35,209 bases of DNA from Jimgerdemannia flammicorona (Eukaryota): contig RBNJ01000258.1 of the NCBI GenBank assembly GCA_003990765.1, positions 1-35,209 on the forward strand. The letters run 5' to 3'. The notes under the pieces are model-generated. The model did not search any database. It saw nothing but the letters and a program-made list of their open reading frames with translations, and had not been told where the DNA came from. The translations under genes and the position numbers were made by a program. Position 1 is the stretch's first letter. Each line of letters opens with the position of its first letter. Below, piece after piece: positions 1 to 10,674 of the stretch.

Positions 1-242
1 TCTGAATCAATGACTCCTCCTTCAATTGTGATTTCGCTTCTAGCCAGGCTGCTTCTTGTCTTGAGAATCCCAACATGATCCTTTGGGATGGTCATCTCTA
101 GTCCAGTTGCGAGTAGGGTGGTTGTATGGGGTTTGAGTACAGTTTCTTCTACTGTAGTGATGTCCATTCCAGCTGCGTTTTCTGACTTGTATTCTGGCAA
201 GACTGCATCAGAGTGGATCTTTCGAATCTTGACCTTGATTTC
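1..242 (-). CDS. dUTPase domain (N-terminal part) within the Gypsy polyprotein
   Basis: Manual translation in the same frame as the protease: IKVKIRKIHSDAVLPEYKSENAAGMDITTVEETVLKPHTTTLLATGLEMTIPKDHVGILKTRSSLARSEITIEGGVIDS(D). This matches trimeric dUTPase motif 1 (AGxD), motif 2 (RSS/G) and motif 3 (GxIDxD). The ORF track misses it because the frame runs off the window. Confidence 0.9.
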
Positions 243-559
243 TTCTTCATCATTGCTGTCCTCCAAGAGGGCTGGTGGTTCGTCATCTTCCTCCTTCTCT
301 TCTTCTGTAGTCTGTTTTTCAAGGGCTTTCTGGCTTCTTTCCTGGTAGATCTTCCTGGTTTCAATGGTGCACTGGTAGCAATCATTGACATGCTCCATAC
401 AGTACATCTTGATTCCATGAGGACAGACTCCTTGTGGGGCGTAGCCTTCTGCGATCTTCTTGCACCATTCTTCTTCACTCATCCATCCGACTTTCTTCTT
501 CTTAGGGGTGGTTACCATATAAGCTTCCTCTTGCTCACTCTCTTCTTCCTCCATATCGG

Positions 560-945
560 GCAGGACTCCTTTGTTGACATTGATGGGGATTCGTATCTTC
601 TGTCCCCGGTAGGTGATTTGCATCTTCTGGGCATTGAGATCAATTACTGCCTTGGCTTTGTGAAGCCATTGATTGCTGATAAGGATGTCATAGTTGGTGG
701 CATTGGTTACGATTACATCTACTGGGATTATTGCTCCTCCGATCTTGATGGGAACATCTCGGATCTTTCCCAGAGGTGTGGCTCTTGTGTCATCGGCTGT
801 GACGAATACTAGCTTGGTTGCTTCTTCCACATCCCAACCTAGGTGGTCTGCTGCCTTCTTACTGAGAAGACATCCTCCTGCTCCTGTGTCAATGATGGCT
901 TCAAAGACTCGATCCTCAATTTGGTATGTTGCATAAGCAGAGGTT
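560..945 (-). CDS. retrotransposon aspartic protease domain
   Basis: TSAYATYQIEDRVFEAIIDTGAGGCLLSKKAADHLGW...YDILISNQWLHKAKAVIDL: DTG catalytic motif and a C-terminal DILI(G/S)xxWL motif. Confidence 0.92.
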
Positions 946-2389
946 TTGCGATTGTCCTTGCTTTCTTCTCCTGAGTCTTCTTGAACATTATTGGTCTCAG
1001 TTATCTTCCATCCTTGTTCCTTGGTTGTTTCGGCAAGTCCAAACCTCATTTGCTGTCTGAATGTTGGGATTTCTGCGAGCTGACCAAAGGTTGCATTGAC
1101 CTTCTATTGACTGAGATCCTTGAAGATATCATACTTGAAGGTCTTGGTCTTGCGAAGCTTCTTTTCTTTTTCTCCTTCACTGGCTGGAGTGGTTCCTCAG
1201 ATGATATCTTGAACTGCTTGCTCTAGCTCGATATCCTGGTCCATCTCTTTGGCTTGACTTTCTGTGGCAGTTTCCATCTGCTTTTTCACTGGGTTCTTCT
1301 TGGGTCTTCCTGGCGGTCTCTTGTAGGGTTCTTTGCGAACATCCTTCTTGGTGGTCTGGGTGGGATAGGCCTCCTATTCTTCTTCGTCAGAATCTTCGAT
1401 CTCCTCGAAGGTAATTATATTAGCCTGCTCCTTGTTTCGTGTGGCATTGCTTGGTTGAGCCTTGCATTTGGTTTCACTCATACATTCATAGGAGTAGTGG
1501 CCTTCTTCTCCACAGCTGTAGCAGGTACCTTTCTTCTTGTCTGAGGTGGTGGCAAACTTCTGAACAGGGTGGTGATCTCTTTTTTGGATTTCCTTTACCA
1601 CATCTCCCAGGTGGGCAGTCATTTCAGCGAACCTTTTGGCAAGTTCCTCCATAGGGTCGCTGTTCTTTTGCTGCTCGGTAGCTTTTGGCTGAGGTGTGTT
1701 TCAATTGATCATTGTGGTGGGGATCATACTGGTTGCCTTGGGTGCCTCGATTCTGACTCCTGTAACTCTCTCCATTGTATGGTCTTGTGGGTATCTGGCT
1801 ATCCAGTATCGCTGAGCATAGGTGACCCTTTGTGGCAGATCCAGAATCACTGGTGATGAGCAGATGGCCATGGCTATTTCTGGATAGACTCCTTTCATGA
1901 AGGTTGCTTTGGCTACTTGATCTCGGGTAGCAGCAGCATAATCTGCAAGGATTATCTGATATCGAATTCTGGTATAGAATGTGTTTGGATCCTTACTCAT
2001 TCCTTGGCACATTGTGTTGAGCTGATCCTTCAGGCTTGCTTGATCTTGTCTGTGTAATATGTATTTCGGAGCCAGGTCTTCTGTACCATCAGTATGGCAT
2101 TGGCATCATTTCCTACATGGGTTGCAGCTGTGAATGCTGCTCTGGCAGGGCCTCGTAGGCTGAAGGGCATGAGGGCTACTTGCTGTGCTGCTGTCAGAGT
2201 CCTTACAGCAGCATACTGCTTGAAATCATCAATGAAGGTGATGATTGATTCATCTGAGGTATATCCATGGAATACTGGCAGTCTCATATCCATCTTGTCT
2301 GGGTATTGGGGCTTGGTTTGTATGGTTGTTCGGGTAGTGGTGGTTGTTCATTATTCAGCTTGAAAGTGAGGGATTTGTCTTGAATCACC

Positions 2390-2404
2390 AGCCAATGGGC
2401 ACCA
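2390..2404 (-). other. putative primer-binding site of Gypsy copy A
   Basis: On the minus strand TGGTGCCCATTGGCT begins 3 nt after the ...ACA end of the LTR. TGG is complementary to tRNA CCA. The cognate tRNA was not identified. Confidence 0.65.
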
Positions 2405-2407
2405 AGT

Positions 2408-2865
2408 TGTAATGTAGCAGATGCTTACTCTTGAAAGTATATCAGATTTCTGTATCTTAAAAACTTGACCATTCTGACTCTCGCAGAGCCTCTTGAAGTT
2501 GTAGGGGAGGGTGGGTGAGTTCGAAGTATATCTGTCTGCAGGCTTACTAGTTCCTTTGCTATCTCTTTGCTTTGAACTATTTTGATCTGAGGTTTATTCA
2601 CTCGAAGATACTGGGTTATTTATACAAGTTTGCAAGCTATAAGAGGGTGGCTAAGTAATGAATGAGTCATTTGGACTTTGTCAAAACATTTGGACAATGT
2701 CTAAATGCTATACTAAATCAGGACGTTTGATTTGGATAATGTCTAAGAATTTAGACAATGTCAAAATTGAGGACTGCTAACTATAAAACTATACTACTTT
2801 GGGAATGGGTGTGATCAAGTGTCTATTCCCTATTTCCTTCTTCCTAATTTGGCTATACCATCACA
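2408..2865 (-). repeat. 5' LTR of Gypsy copy A (458 bp)
   Basis: TGTAATG...CATCACA termini (TG..CA, imperfect inverted repeat). Colinear with 32462-32909 and with the split copy at 27267-27354 plus 32317-32461. Confidence 0.9.
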
Positions 2866-3245
2866 GTAGTAATAGCTAACTAAGCTAAGAAAGGATCTGA
2901 GTTCTGTGAGATTTGCTGGCTAAGACTATTCTTGGATTAACTTTATCTTGTATAGGTCTATCTGGATTCTTTGGGCAGAGACAATGTGGCCAGAATATTT
3001 GACTTATTTGTTGAAAAATTCACATTTCTTAAGTTTGACATATAAGTTGTATTCTTGCAGAATTTCCAAAACAAGGCAGATATACTTGAGGTATTCTTCT
3101 TTAGTTGCATTAAAGATCAGAATATCATTAAGATATACTAATAAGAAAATAAAATGTTAGTCCTTGAATATCTTATTTATGGGAGTCTAGAATGTTGTGG
3201 GTACATTGGTGAGACCAAATACTAGAACTAGAAATTCATAGAGTC
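2866..3245 (-). pseudogene. degenerate Ty3/Gypsy reverse transcriptase fragment (older element, target of copy A)
   Basis: Minus-strand translation YEFLVLVFGLTNVPTTF...LLVYLNDILIF...YNLYVKLKKCEFF..VKYSGHIVS. YLDD is mutated to YLND and stops are present. Confidence 0.85.
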
Positions 3246-3324
3246 TATCTGAGCTATTCTTTCTTCTTTTATTTCTCCTGTTCAAGAGTCAGAATGCATC
3301 GCGAATATTTTCCGTTAGGTACAA

Positions 3325-3640
3325 GAGATTTCTGTCGATCGAATCTTCTCAGTATTGGAGTCATATTGTGTAATGAAACCACCTGGGATTCTGCCAATGA
3401 CAGAAGGATTCCCGTCGATCAAAATGCTCTCTGCTTTGTATTATTATCGTAGTGTTAGAGCCCAACGGGAATTATAGATATTTCTGCCAACGACAGAAGG
3501 ATTCCAGTCGATCGAAATCCACTCTGCTCGGTATTAGAATTTGCATATTGTTTAATGAAACCACCGGAATTGGAGATATTTCTGCCAATGGTGGAAGGAT
3601 TCCCTGCGATCGAAATCCACTCCGATCGGCATTAGAATTT
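3325..3640. repeat. degenerate tandem repeat, 3-4 units of about 93-98 bp
   Basis: TTCTGCCAA recurs at 3389, 3482 and 3580, each followed by GAAGGATTCC and CGATC. CATATTG..TAATGAAACCACC occurs at about 3362 and about 3544. Confidence 0.7.
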
Positions 3641-4848
3641 AGGTTGGCCATCAAACGCACAGTGAATATTCTAATATGGACGTATTCTTTGTAGCGATGC
3701 CAAGAGTCGAAAACCGACGCCAAAGAATAATATCCTATTCTCGCATTAACACGACATGAATTTTCAATATCAAATTTGATAACATTGGTTCGAAAGAGAA
3801 ACATAGCCCCTCGCCGGGATTTGGTATTCTTGACGCTATTTATTTCAATGAGGAGGACTCGTTAATGCCTGGAAAACGGTGACAAAGCAAATATATTTTA
3901 TGGAATTTTATTTCACCGTGTAGCAGGACAAATTGTATGTATGTGGCTTCGGTCGTTGTGTATATTATGCCCTGGCGTGCTCCGGATTAATCTTTTCCAA
4001 TTCATACACGCGTCACAGCGTGCCCAAGTCTTGGAAGTGTTTCGTTCGTGCGACGGGGAATCTTCCGCTACTAACACTCACGGGAGCCAAAGACACTCTC
4101 GAGCGGCTTTAGGCTCGCAGGCGTTCAGGTCCATAGTGAATCGCGGCATAAAGGGGAAATGGAAGGAAACAATCCCAAAAGACTAACTCATTGACATTTG
4201 TCAAGCTTCACCAGTGTTACCGCCTTCCATCCTTCAGGTCTCAGTTTCTTTCCATCATGTAGCAACTGAACTTGACACACATATATTCAATAACATTGCC
4301 GCGTCTTTATGTATATACGCAGCAGATAGCATAAATTATAAAGCGGCCAAATTTGTACAATTCTCACGATTCATAGCAGTGTCAACTTGTTTGTTACTTC
4401 ATTTTTACCAGGTCATATGTAAAATTCGAAGGTAGGGTGAAGAAATTCGGTGTGTTTTGACGGTAAGTTCGAGGTTAGGGCAACAGATCAGCGGATGGTG
4501 CGTGTTATCTTGTAAAGGATTGGCTTATATACCAGGCCCTTTGATTTTCTAAGGGATGTACTTACGATGGAACAATGTTTGAGCATCATAAGAACGGCCA
4601 ACCTTCTGATTAGCATACGCCACTGGAGCGCCGTCCGGAATAGAGCATTTAATAAAATATACTAAATAAAAGCACAGGGAAAACACTTTGATGGTTCAAA
4701 AAATGGTTTAGGGGCCTTGCAATGGGTTTATTTGGACATAATGAGTTACTTAATCAATTTTTTTGAAAATAAATGAAGATTGGGGATGCTACGTCCAATT
4801 CTTTTCTATGATTTGTAGGCTTTATTCCCGCCAAACCCAGATATAATT

Positions 4849-5454
4849 CTACTTGGTTCCATTCTTGCCCTTCTTGCCATTCTTTCCCTTCCGTCCGGAC
4901 TTGACTAGAGTGTTTTTGGACATGACAAATGTACTTCCGGGTTGCCAGTCCTCGATGGTGTATTTGACATTGTAAACGTGGCCAGTCTGATCTGTTCCAC
5001 CGAGGCCGTAGAAGAGAGCGTCTCTGTAGTAGACATACAGTATTATTATGCGATGTTAATGTGGAGGCAAATATCAAATAAATTAATTAATAAATTAAGT
5101 AACTCACGTCATGTCGAGATGATTGTCAGTTCCGCATGCCCCACATTTGTCGACAACCCTGGCATTTATGGTTTTGCCGTTCGAATTGGTGATGGCGACA
5201 GTTTTGCCGCAGATGGAAGCGAGGTTGGGATTGGCAGTGTTAAACCACTGTTGAAACCCATAAATGTAATCGAGATCGGTTAATACCTTGTTGAAAAGCT
5301 ATCTCTGTAGCAAACAAAACACAATCTCGGGAACACTTACAGATGGATTGACGGCGACGGCCGGATCAATCCCGCTGATGCCGCACGCGTTAATATCCAA
5401 AGCAACTCCATAACGAGTCCCAAAGGCGTCGTTGACCGTGTAGCTAATAGCCAT
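4849..5454 (-). CDS. RlpA-like double-psi beta-barrel protein (loosenin/expansin-like), 3 exons
   Basis: Exons 5454-5341, 5247-5108 and 5023-4849. Introns GTAAGT..CAG (93 nt) and GTGAGT..CAG (84 nt) join in frame to give 142 aa: MAISYTVNDAFGTRYGVALDINACGISGIDPAVAVNPSWFNTANPNLASICGKTVAITNSNGKTINARVVDKCGACGTDNHLDMTDALFYGLGG...KSGRKGKNGKKGKNGTK*. ICG..V..VVDxCxxC...HLD is typical of DPBB proteins. A signal-like extension runs upstream to CTG at 5508. Confidence 0.88.
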
Positions 5455-6958
5455 GGTCCGTGTGGCCAGGGCCAATGATGAAAAGGTGAAAAGAGTGTTG
5501 AAGTGCAGGCTTAGAGAAATTAAGGCAGAAGAGTATGATTGTGTTCTCAGATGATTTTCGAGGAGCCACTATTGTCGTAAAGTCCCTATTTATTCTTCAC
5601 AGAGCTGTCGAAATCAGAGCATCTCTATTTTGTTCATAATTTAATCCTGTGTTTGCTAATTACTCTGGCCATCCTTCTGCTCTAGTGGAGCTTTGACTTT
5701 GTATACACCGTAGGGGTACGCACGGTGAAGGAAATAAAGGATCTGATTCCATTGAGCACGTCGCCTGCTCTGGGTAAGGCTAGGTGCTCATCATTGGGCA
5801 TTTTAATTCGGTCTGTAACAGGCTGTTGCCTGGCTACATGTGGCAGGAGATGGGATAGGGGAGATGACATGCATTTTCGTATCTCAAACGAGCGGACATG
5901 AACCTCGTTTTATGAATGTGATGATCAAAATGTAATGTATGCCAATATTCATGAAGTGCTACACCGCCTTCGATATCTTCGTTTATTCAAACACACGGTC
6001 ATAGTGTGAGCTGTAGTTGGCAGAATCAAAGACACGTGATGTGTGTGAACACCGCAACTGTTGGTAACAATGCATTCCCGTCGCGATAACGTTATGTCGA
6101 CTCTCCCAATATTTGTCTTCTAAATTAAACGATTGCCGTGATGTTATAGGTCGAAAGTGGATGAGTAGATGTGCGTATGGTGGGTGCGGTCGCAATCGAT
6201 GAAAGATGTATACAATAATAAACTTCGCAAATTCTCCCAGTCCCGCCAAGTCTACTTATTCTTAGCTCGCTCAACTTGAAGCTAATAAGACCATCGCTAA
6301 GTAAGCTAAGGTTTGAAAAAGGAAGGTCTTTGTATACCATTTAAATTCCCGATGCAGGTAGGGCTAGAGCGAATTTTAAAAATAGCTCAAGCATGGACCC
6401 CATTATTATTATCCTTTTCTTGTAGATTACAAGGGTCCAAGTATATTCAAGTGAAATTCTGTGATGCAAGTTACCATATTTAGTCAATACTATCACCCAA
6501 TACCAAATCCAAGTAGTAGATTTTGTTATCAGATGAACCTTGCCACTGAATATATATATTTTTTAAAAAAAGTAAGTGAATCCAAGACCCTGTCGCCCGG
6601 TTGGTCCTTTCCCCATCCCCGGGTTGTGTCACGTGTCTCGCGAGGCTCTGTCAACTTTTTACAGCGCATTGCTTTGAAAAGTAAAAATAAAAAAAATAAA
6701 ACGTCAATGCCAGACGGGGCTTTCAAAGGATTCGGATTTTGTGGAAGCTATTCAAGCACGAATCTGTGTGGTCTGAACTACAATAGCGATGTTTATGGTA
6801 TCTGGATAAAATAATATGTAGTGAAGGCAATTGGGGAGGGGGCGGAGACTCGAAATATTTGATACTGTATACTGTCCATTTGCTCCAAGGTTTATTTGCC
6901 CCCGCAGTTTTCATTAACACATGGAAGCACTCCACGGAAAGCATCGCCGTCGACCAGA

Positions 6959-7520
6959 GTTAGTTCCGAGAACACCGCGTATTGTCGTCTCGAGGACTAC
7001 GATTCCATTGGCCATAGCAACGGCTGGTGTTAGTTCCGAGAACACCGCATATCGCGAGTTAGCTCCGAGAACACCGCGTATTGTCGTCTCGAGGACTACG
7101 ATTCCATTGGCCATAGCAACGGCCGGTGTTAGTTCCGAGAACATCGAGTGTCGTCGTCTCTAGGAAAACGTTCCCATTGACCATAGCAACGGCCGGAGTT
7201 AGTTCCGAGAACACCGCGTATCGTCGTCTCGAGGAAAACGTTCCCATTGACTATAGCATTGGCCGGAGTTAGTTCTGAGAACACTGCATATTGTTGTCTC
7301 GAGGAAAACGTTACATTTTCCATAGCAACGGCCGGTGTTAGGTCCGAGATTACCATGTCCGCATATCGTCGTCTCGAGGAAAACGTTCCATTGACCATAG
7401 CAACCGCCGGTGTTAGTTCCGAGATTACAATGTCCGCATATCGTCGTCTCGAGGAAAACGTTCCATGAACCATAGCAACGACCGGTGTTAGTTCCGAAAT
7501 CACCACGTCCGCATACCGTT
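6959..7520. repeat. tandem array (minisatellite), about 8 units of 69-75 bp plus one 29-bp partial
   Basis: Unit approximately GTTAGTTCCGAGAACACCGCGTATCGTCGTCTCGAGGAAAACGTTCCCATTGACCATAGCAACGGCCGGT. Unit starts at 6959, 7029, 7058, 7128, 7198, 7268, 7337, 7412 and 7487. Confidence 0.95.
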
Positions 7521-7892
7521 TCTCCGCTGCTAAACATTCTCGCCATAATTTTGATATCAAAACGAACTAGTGAATGAAAATTAATTTTTGACACATCCCT
7601 GAGGTATAATTCCTCAATTTGGACTCGAACTCCAAGCCCCGATTGCTAGTATTAGTCAATATGGAACTTTGCCGTTGAAGTAGTCAAACTCTAACCTTGT
7701 TCGTCTCGCACATTACGTCGTTTGGTGCAAGTGTCAAAGTTTTAATTTATATCGATTTTAGCCGCAAATCGCCGTGTAAGTTGACGAGATGCATGTATTG
7801 CTGAAAAGATAAAAAGGCCTCCAGTTTTCTTTGGTAGTTTCCAACAACACCTCAGCAGCATCTTGAAACAGCATATTCTAATAGCTACAACA

Positions 7893-8903
7893 ATGAAGTT
7901 CATTGTCTCCATTATCGGTGCCCTTGCTCTCCTTAGCGCGTCACAGGTGAGTGTTGCGCTATTCTGCGTGTCGATTTCTTCCATTTGCAATAAATAAATG
8001 TAGTACATTTTGAGTTCGAGTTGTAGTCTAATCTGCATTAATCACCCAAGGTCGAGGCCGGTGTCGTCAAGCGGGCGTCCCCGCACACCATCACCGTCAT
8101 CAACAATTGCAAGTTCACTGTCTGGCCTGGCCTTTTCACCTCCGCCGGCGGATCGCCTTCCCCCAGCACCACCGGGTGGCAACAGGCTTCCGGTTCCTCC
8201 TACACTCTGACGGTTCCCGCCCATTGGAACGGTCGTATCTGGGGCAGGACCAACTGCAACTTCGGCAACACCGCCCTCGCCAACTGCGATACCGGTTACT
8301 GCATTGGCGGTCAGAAATGCACCCAACCCGGTGTTCCCCCGGTCACCCTTGCCGAGTTCAACATGGTAATGTCAGACATTCCGGCATTAATTCTAGTCCG
8401 GTGATTCGAGAAGAGAGGCCTGACACCTTGTTTTCCATCTCCGCAGGATCAACCCACTGACTGGTATGACGTGAGCAACGTCGACGGCTTCAACCTACCG
8501 CTCTCCATCATTCCCTCCGTGTCCAGTTGCAAGGCTCCCTCCTGCGCCACCAACATCAACACCATCTGCCCCTCCGCGTTGCAGACCAAGAACGCTGCCG
8601 GCGCAGTCGTCGGGTGCAAGAGCGCCTGTCTTGCCTTCGGTACCCCCCAATATTGCTGCACCGGTGACCACGGCACGCCGCAGACCTGCCCTCCCACTGA
8701 CTACTCGAAGATTTTTAAGCAAGCCTGCCCGGTAAGCCATCCATTTGATATCACCCACAATTTTGAAGCGATTTATCTTTGTACTGACATGTATTTACTC
8801 TCCATCTATCCAGACCGCCTACTCTTATGCATACGATGACTCCTCGAGCTTGTTCACTTGCTCCAATTCCAACTACAAGATCACCTTCTGCCCCTCCGGC
8901 TAG
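7893..8903 (+). CDS. secreted thaumatin-like protein (PR-5/GH152-type), 4 exons, 247 aa
   Basis: Exons 7893-7946, 8051-8365, 8447-8731 and 8814-8903 with GT-AG introns, all phase 0. Signal peptide MKFIVSIIGALALLSASQVEA, then a KR site. Motifs TVINNCKFTVWPG, GRIWGRTNC, TLAEF, DWYDVSNVDGFNLP, CKSAC, YCC, AYSYAYDD and YKITFCP. 16 Cys counted. Confidence 0.96.
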
Positions 8904-9245
8904 GCAATACCGGCAACGGTGTCGTTTAACGCGTGCTAAACCTCGAGCTTGTACAAATGCTGCAACGGAACCCGGAAGCAAACAAGTTATATTGAATCTT
9001 GATATTTAATATATTCAACCCTTTGGTGCGATTTGTTATCTGTAATCAAAACACATAGCCTAGTAGCAGATAAATAAAAAATATGACAAACATATACAAC
9101 GTTTGAAAGGAGGCCAACTTCAGTTCATAAATTGAGCTTAAATTTATTGAGCAATTAGGCAAAACATCGCAAAAGTGAGAATTCCGTTTATTGCGGCAAC
9201 AATGAAACGCTCGCTGTGTAAAAGTGAAATCAGCTTAAGTAATAG

Positions 9246-9596
9246 TGTGATGACAAATCATCAATAGAGTACATTGGAAAGAATCTCAGATTTCTTTATC
9301 TTGAATTTTTGTCTTATTTTTACTCCCAGAGTTAGTTGCAGGGTGAGGAAAAAAGGTGTAAAGGGTATTTCTGAAGGTCTGTTATCAGAAAGACTTACTT
9401 ATACATACTAATTGTTTTGATCTGAGATTTATTTATTGATAATTCTGAGATTATATATATGACTATTATAGCTAAGTATATGACTAATTTATGTTTTCTA
9501 TATTGTAGAAATGTGATTGATTTCTAGATATTATTAAAGTTGCAACTTTTTATATAATATAGAAGATATAATTTTATAACTTCTAACTTTATAACA
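9246..9596 (-). repeat. LTR-like relic
   Basis: TGTGATG start and ATAACA end. Contains TTTTGATCTGAGATTTATTTA, resembling TTTGATCTGAGGTTTATTCA of LTR A in the same orientation. Strongly AT-shifted, and no TSD was found. Confidence 0.45.
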
Positions 9597-9910
9597 GATT
9601 AGAAATCAGATATAAGATCTGATAAATAAATAAAAATCTATCTTATAATCTCTAAAATATCTATTTATATTTTATATATCTATATTTTAGATAATCTTAT
9701 ATTATTTTAGTTAATCTACTATACTTTTTTAATACTTCTTTTTAACTTCTTCAAAGTCTCCTAATAAACTTCTATTGAATATTATAAAAGTAATTAATTT
9801 TTTTTAAATAAATTATAGATATTTTTTATAATTATATATAATATATTAGTAAATAATCTAATATATAAAGAGTGATTTAGCTATTTATTTTTATATTTAA
9901 TTATATATAT

Positions 9911-10665
9911 TGTGATGAGAAATAATATAGTATAGTTACCTATATCTAGTTAGATATATTAAATTGAGTATATTAATCTATGCTCTAAGGATATATCTGT
10001 ATCTAGTAAATATATCTATACCCAGTAGATATATCTGTTCCCAGCAGATATACCTGATATCTCTCTATCTAAAGTAGTATTACTGTATATTCTATAATTA
10101 TCCAGATAGTACTCAGATAGCAACCTAATCTATATAAAATACTTCTGAGATTTGAGTAAATAAACCTCAGTCTGAAAAGTTCAAAAGCAAAAACTAATTG
10201 CCTGATATACTTAGGAGAAATATCTGCCAAAAGCTACTTGATCCAAAGAAAGAATTATATATAATACTTAGAAGATATATCTACTAATGAGCTACTACCA
10301 AGAAGTTGTGAGCTTACTTTTTACTCTAGTTCACTTTCAGATATAAAGAATAGAAGCCTGTCATTTTGAGAAGTCTGCTAATTTAGGAAGAATTTATATC
10401 ATCTAAGTTATATATCTACTTTACTTAAGAAGACTACTGATTCAGAAAGAATTTACAATATCTGAGTTATCTGCTTTATTTAAAAAGTCCACTAATTAAG
10501 AAAGAATCTATATTATTTGCTATATTTAAAAAATCTGCCAAACTCACTATATTATACTAACTCTATCTTTTTAGAAAATATCACTAAAATTATCTAAGCT
10601 ATATAAACCAGTATCTTTAGAATATTTTGTTTCTTTTTGACAAAGTAACTAAGGGCTCAAGCCAA
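9911..10665 (+). repeat. long LTR-like repeat, copy 1 (more mutated)
   Basis: Starts TGTGATG. Shares GAGT(A/G)AATAAACCTCAGTC and the end block ATTTTGTT.CTTTT.ACAAAGTAACT.AGGGCTCAAGCCAA with 10675-11950. The AATAAACCTCAG block is the reverse complement of an LTR A motif. Confidence 0.55.
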
Positions 10666-10674
10666 TTTATATAG

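Larger units (their letters stand above)
1..2865 (-). mobile_element. Ty3/Gypsy LTR retrotransposon copy A (5' LTR, gag, protease, dUTPase; continues beyond left window edge), lightly degenerate
   Basis: Minus-strand gag from about 2293 with CCHC knuckle CYSCGEEGHYSYEC (ORF 1374-1652). Aspartic protease motif FEAIIDTGAGGCLLS, Asp codon at 888-890. dUTPase motifs at 1-240. A few stops (1701, 1374) and a frameshift near 2030. LTR at 2408-2865. Confidence 0.93.

Noticed and set aside
213..812. 199-aa hydrophobic plus-strand ORF resembling a membrane protein
   Set aside because: It is the antisense shadow of the Glu/Lys-rich Gypsy polyprotein.
4754..5283. ORFs 4754-5077 (-) and 4942-5283 (+)
   Set aside because: These are off-frame or antisense overlaps of the spliced DPBB gene.
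6959..7520. CRISPR array or repeat-protein CDS
   Set aside because: Units are repeated along their whole length with no unique spacers, there are no cas genes, and the context is eukaryotic. The 70-bp period shifts frame, so the overlapping ORFs are artefacts.
8150..8175. Apparent frameshift in thaumatin exon 2 at the C-run
   Set aside because: Recounting gives CCT TCC CCC AGC in frame, so the gene is intact.
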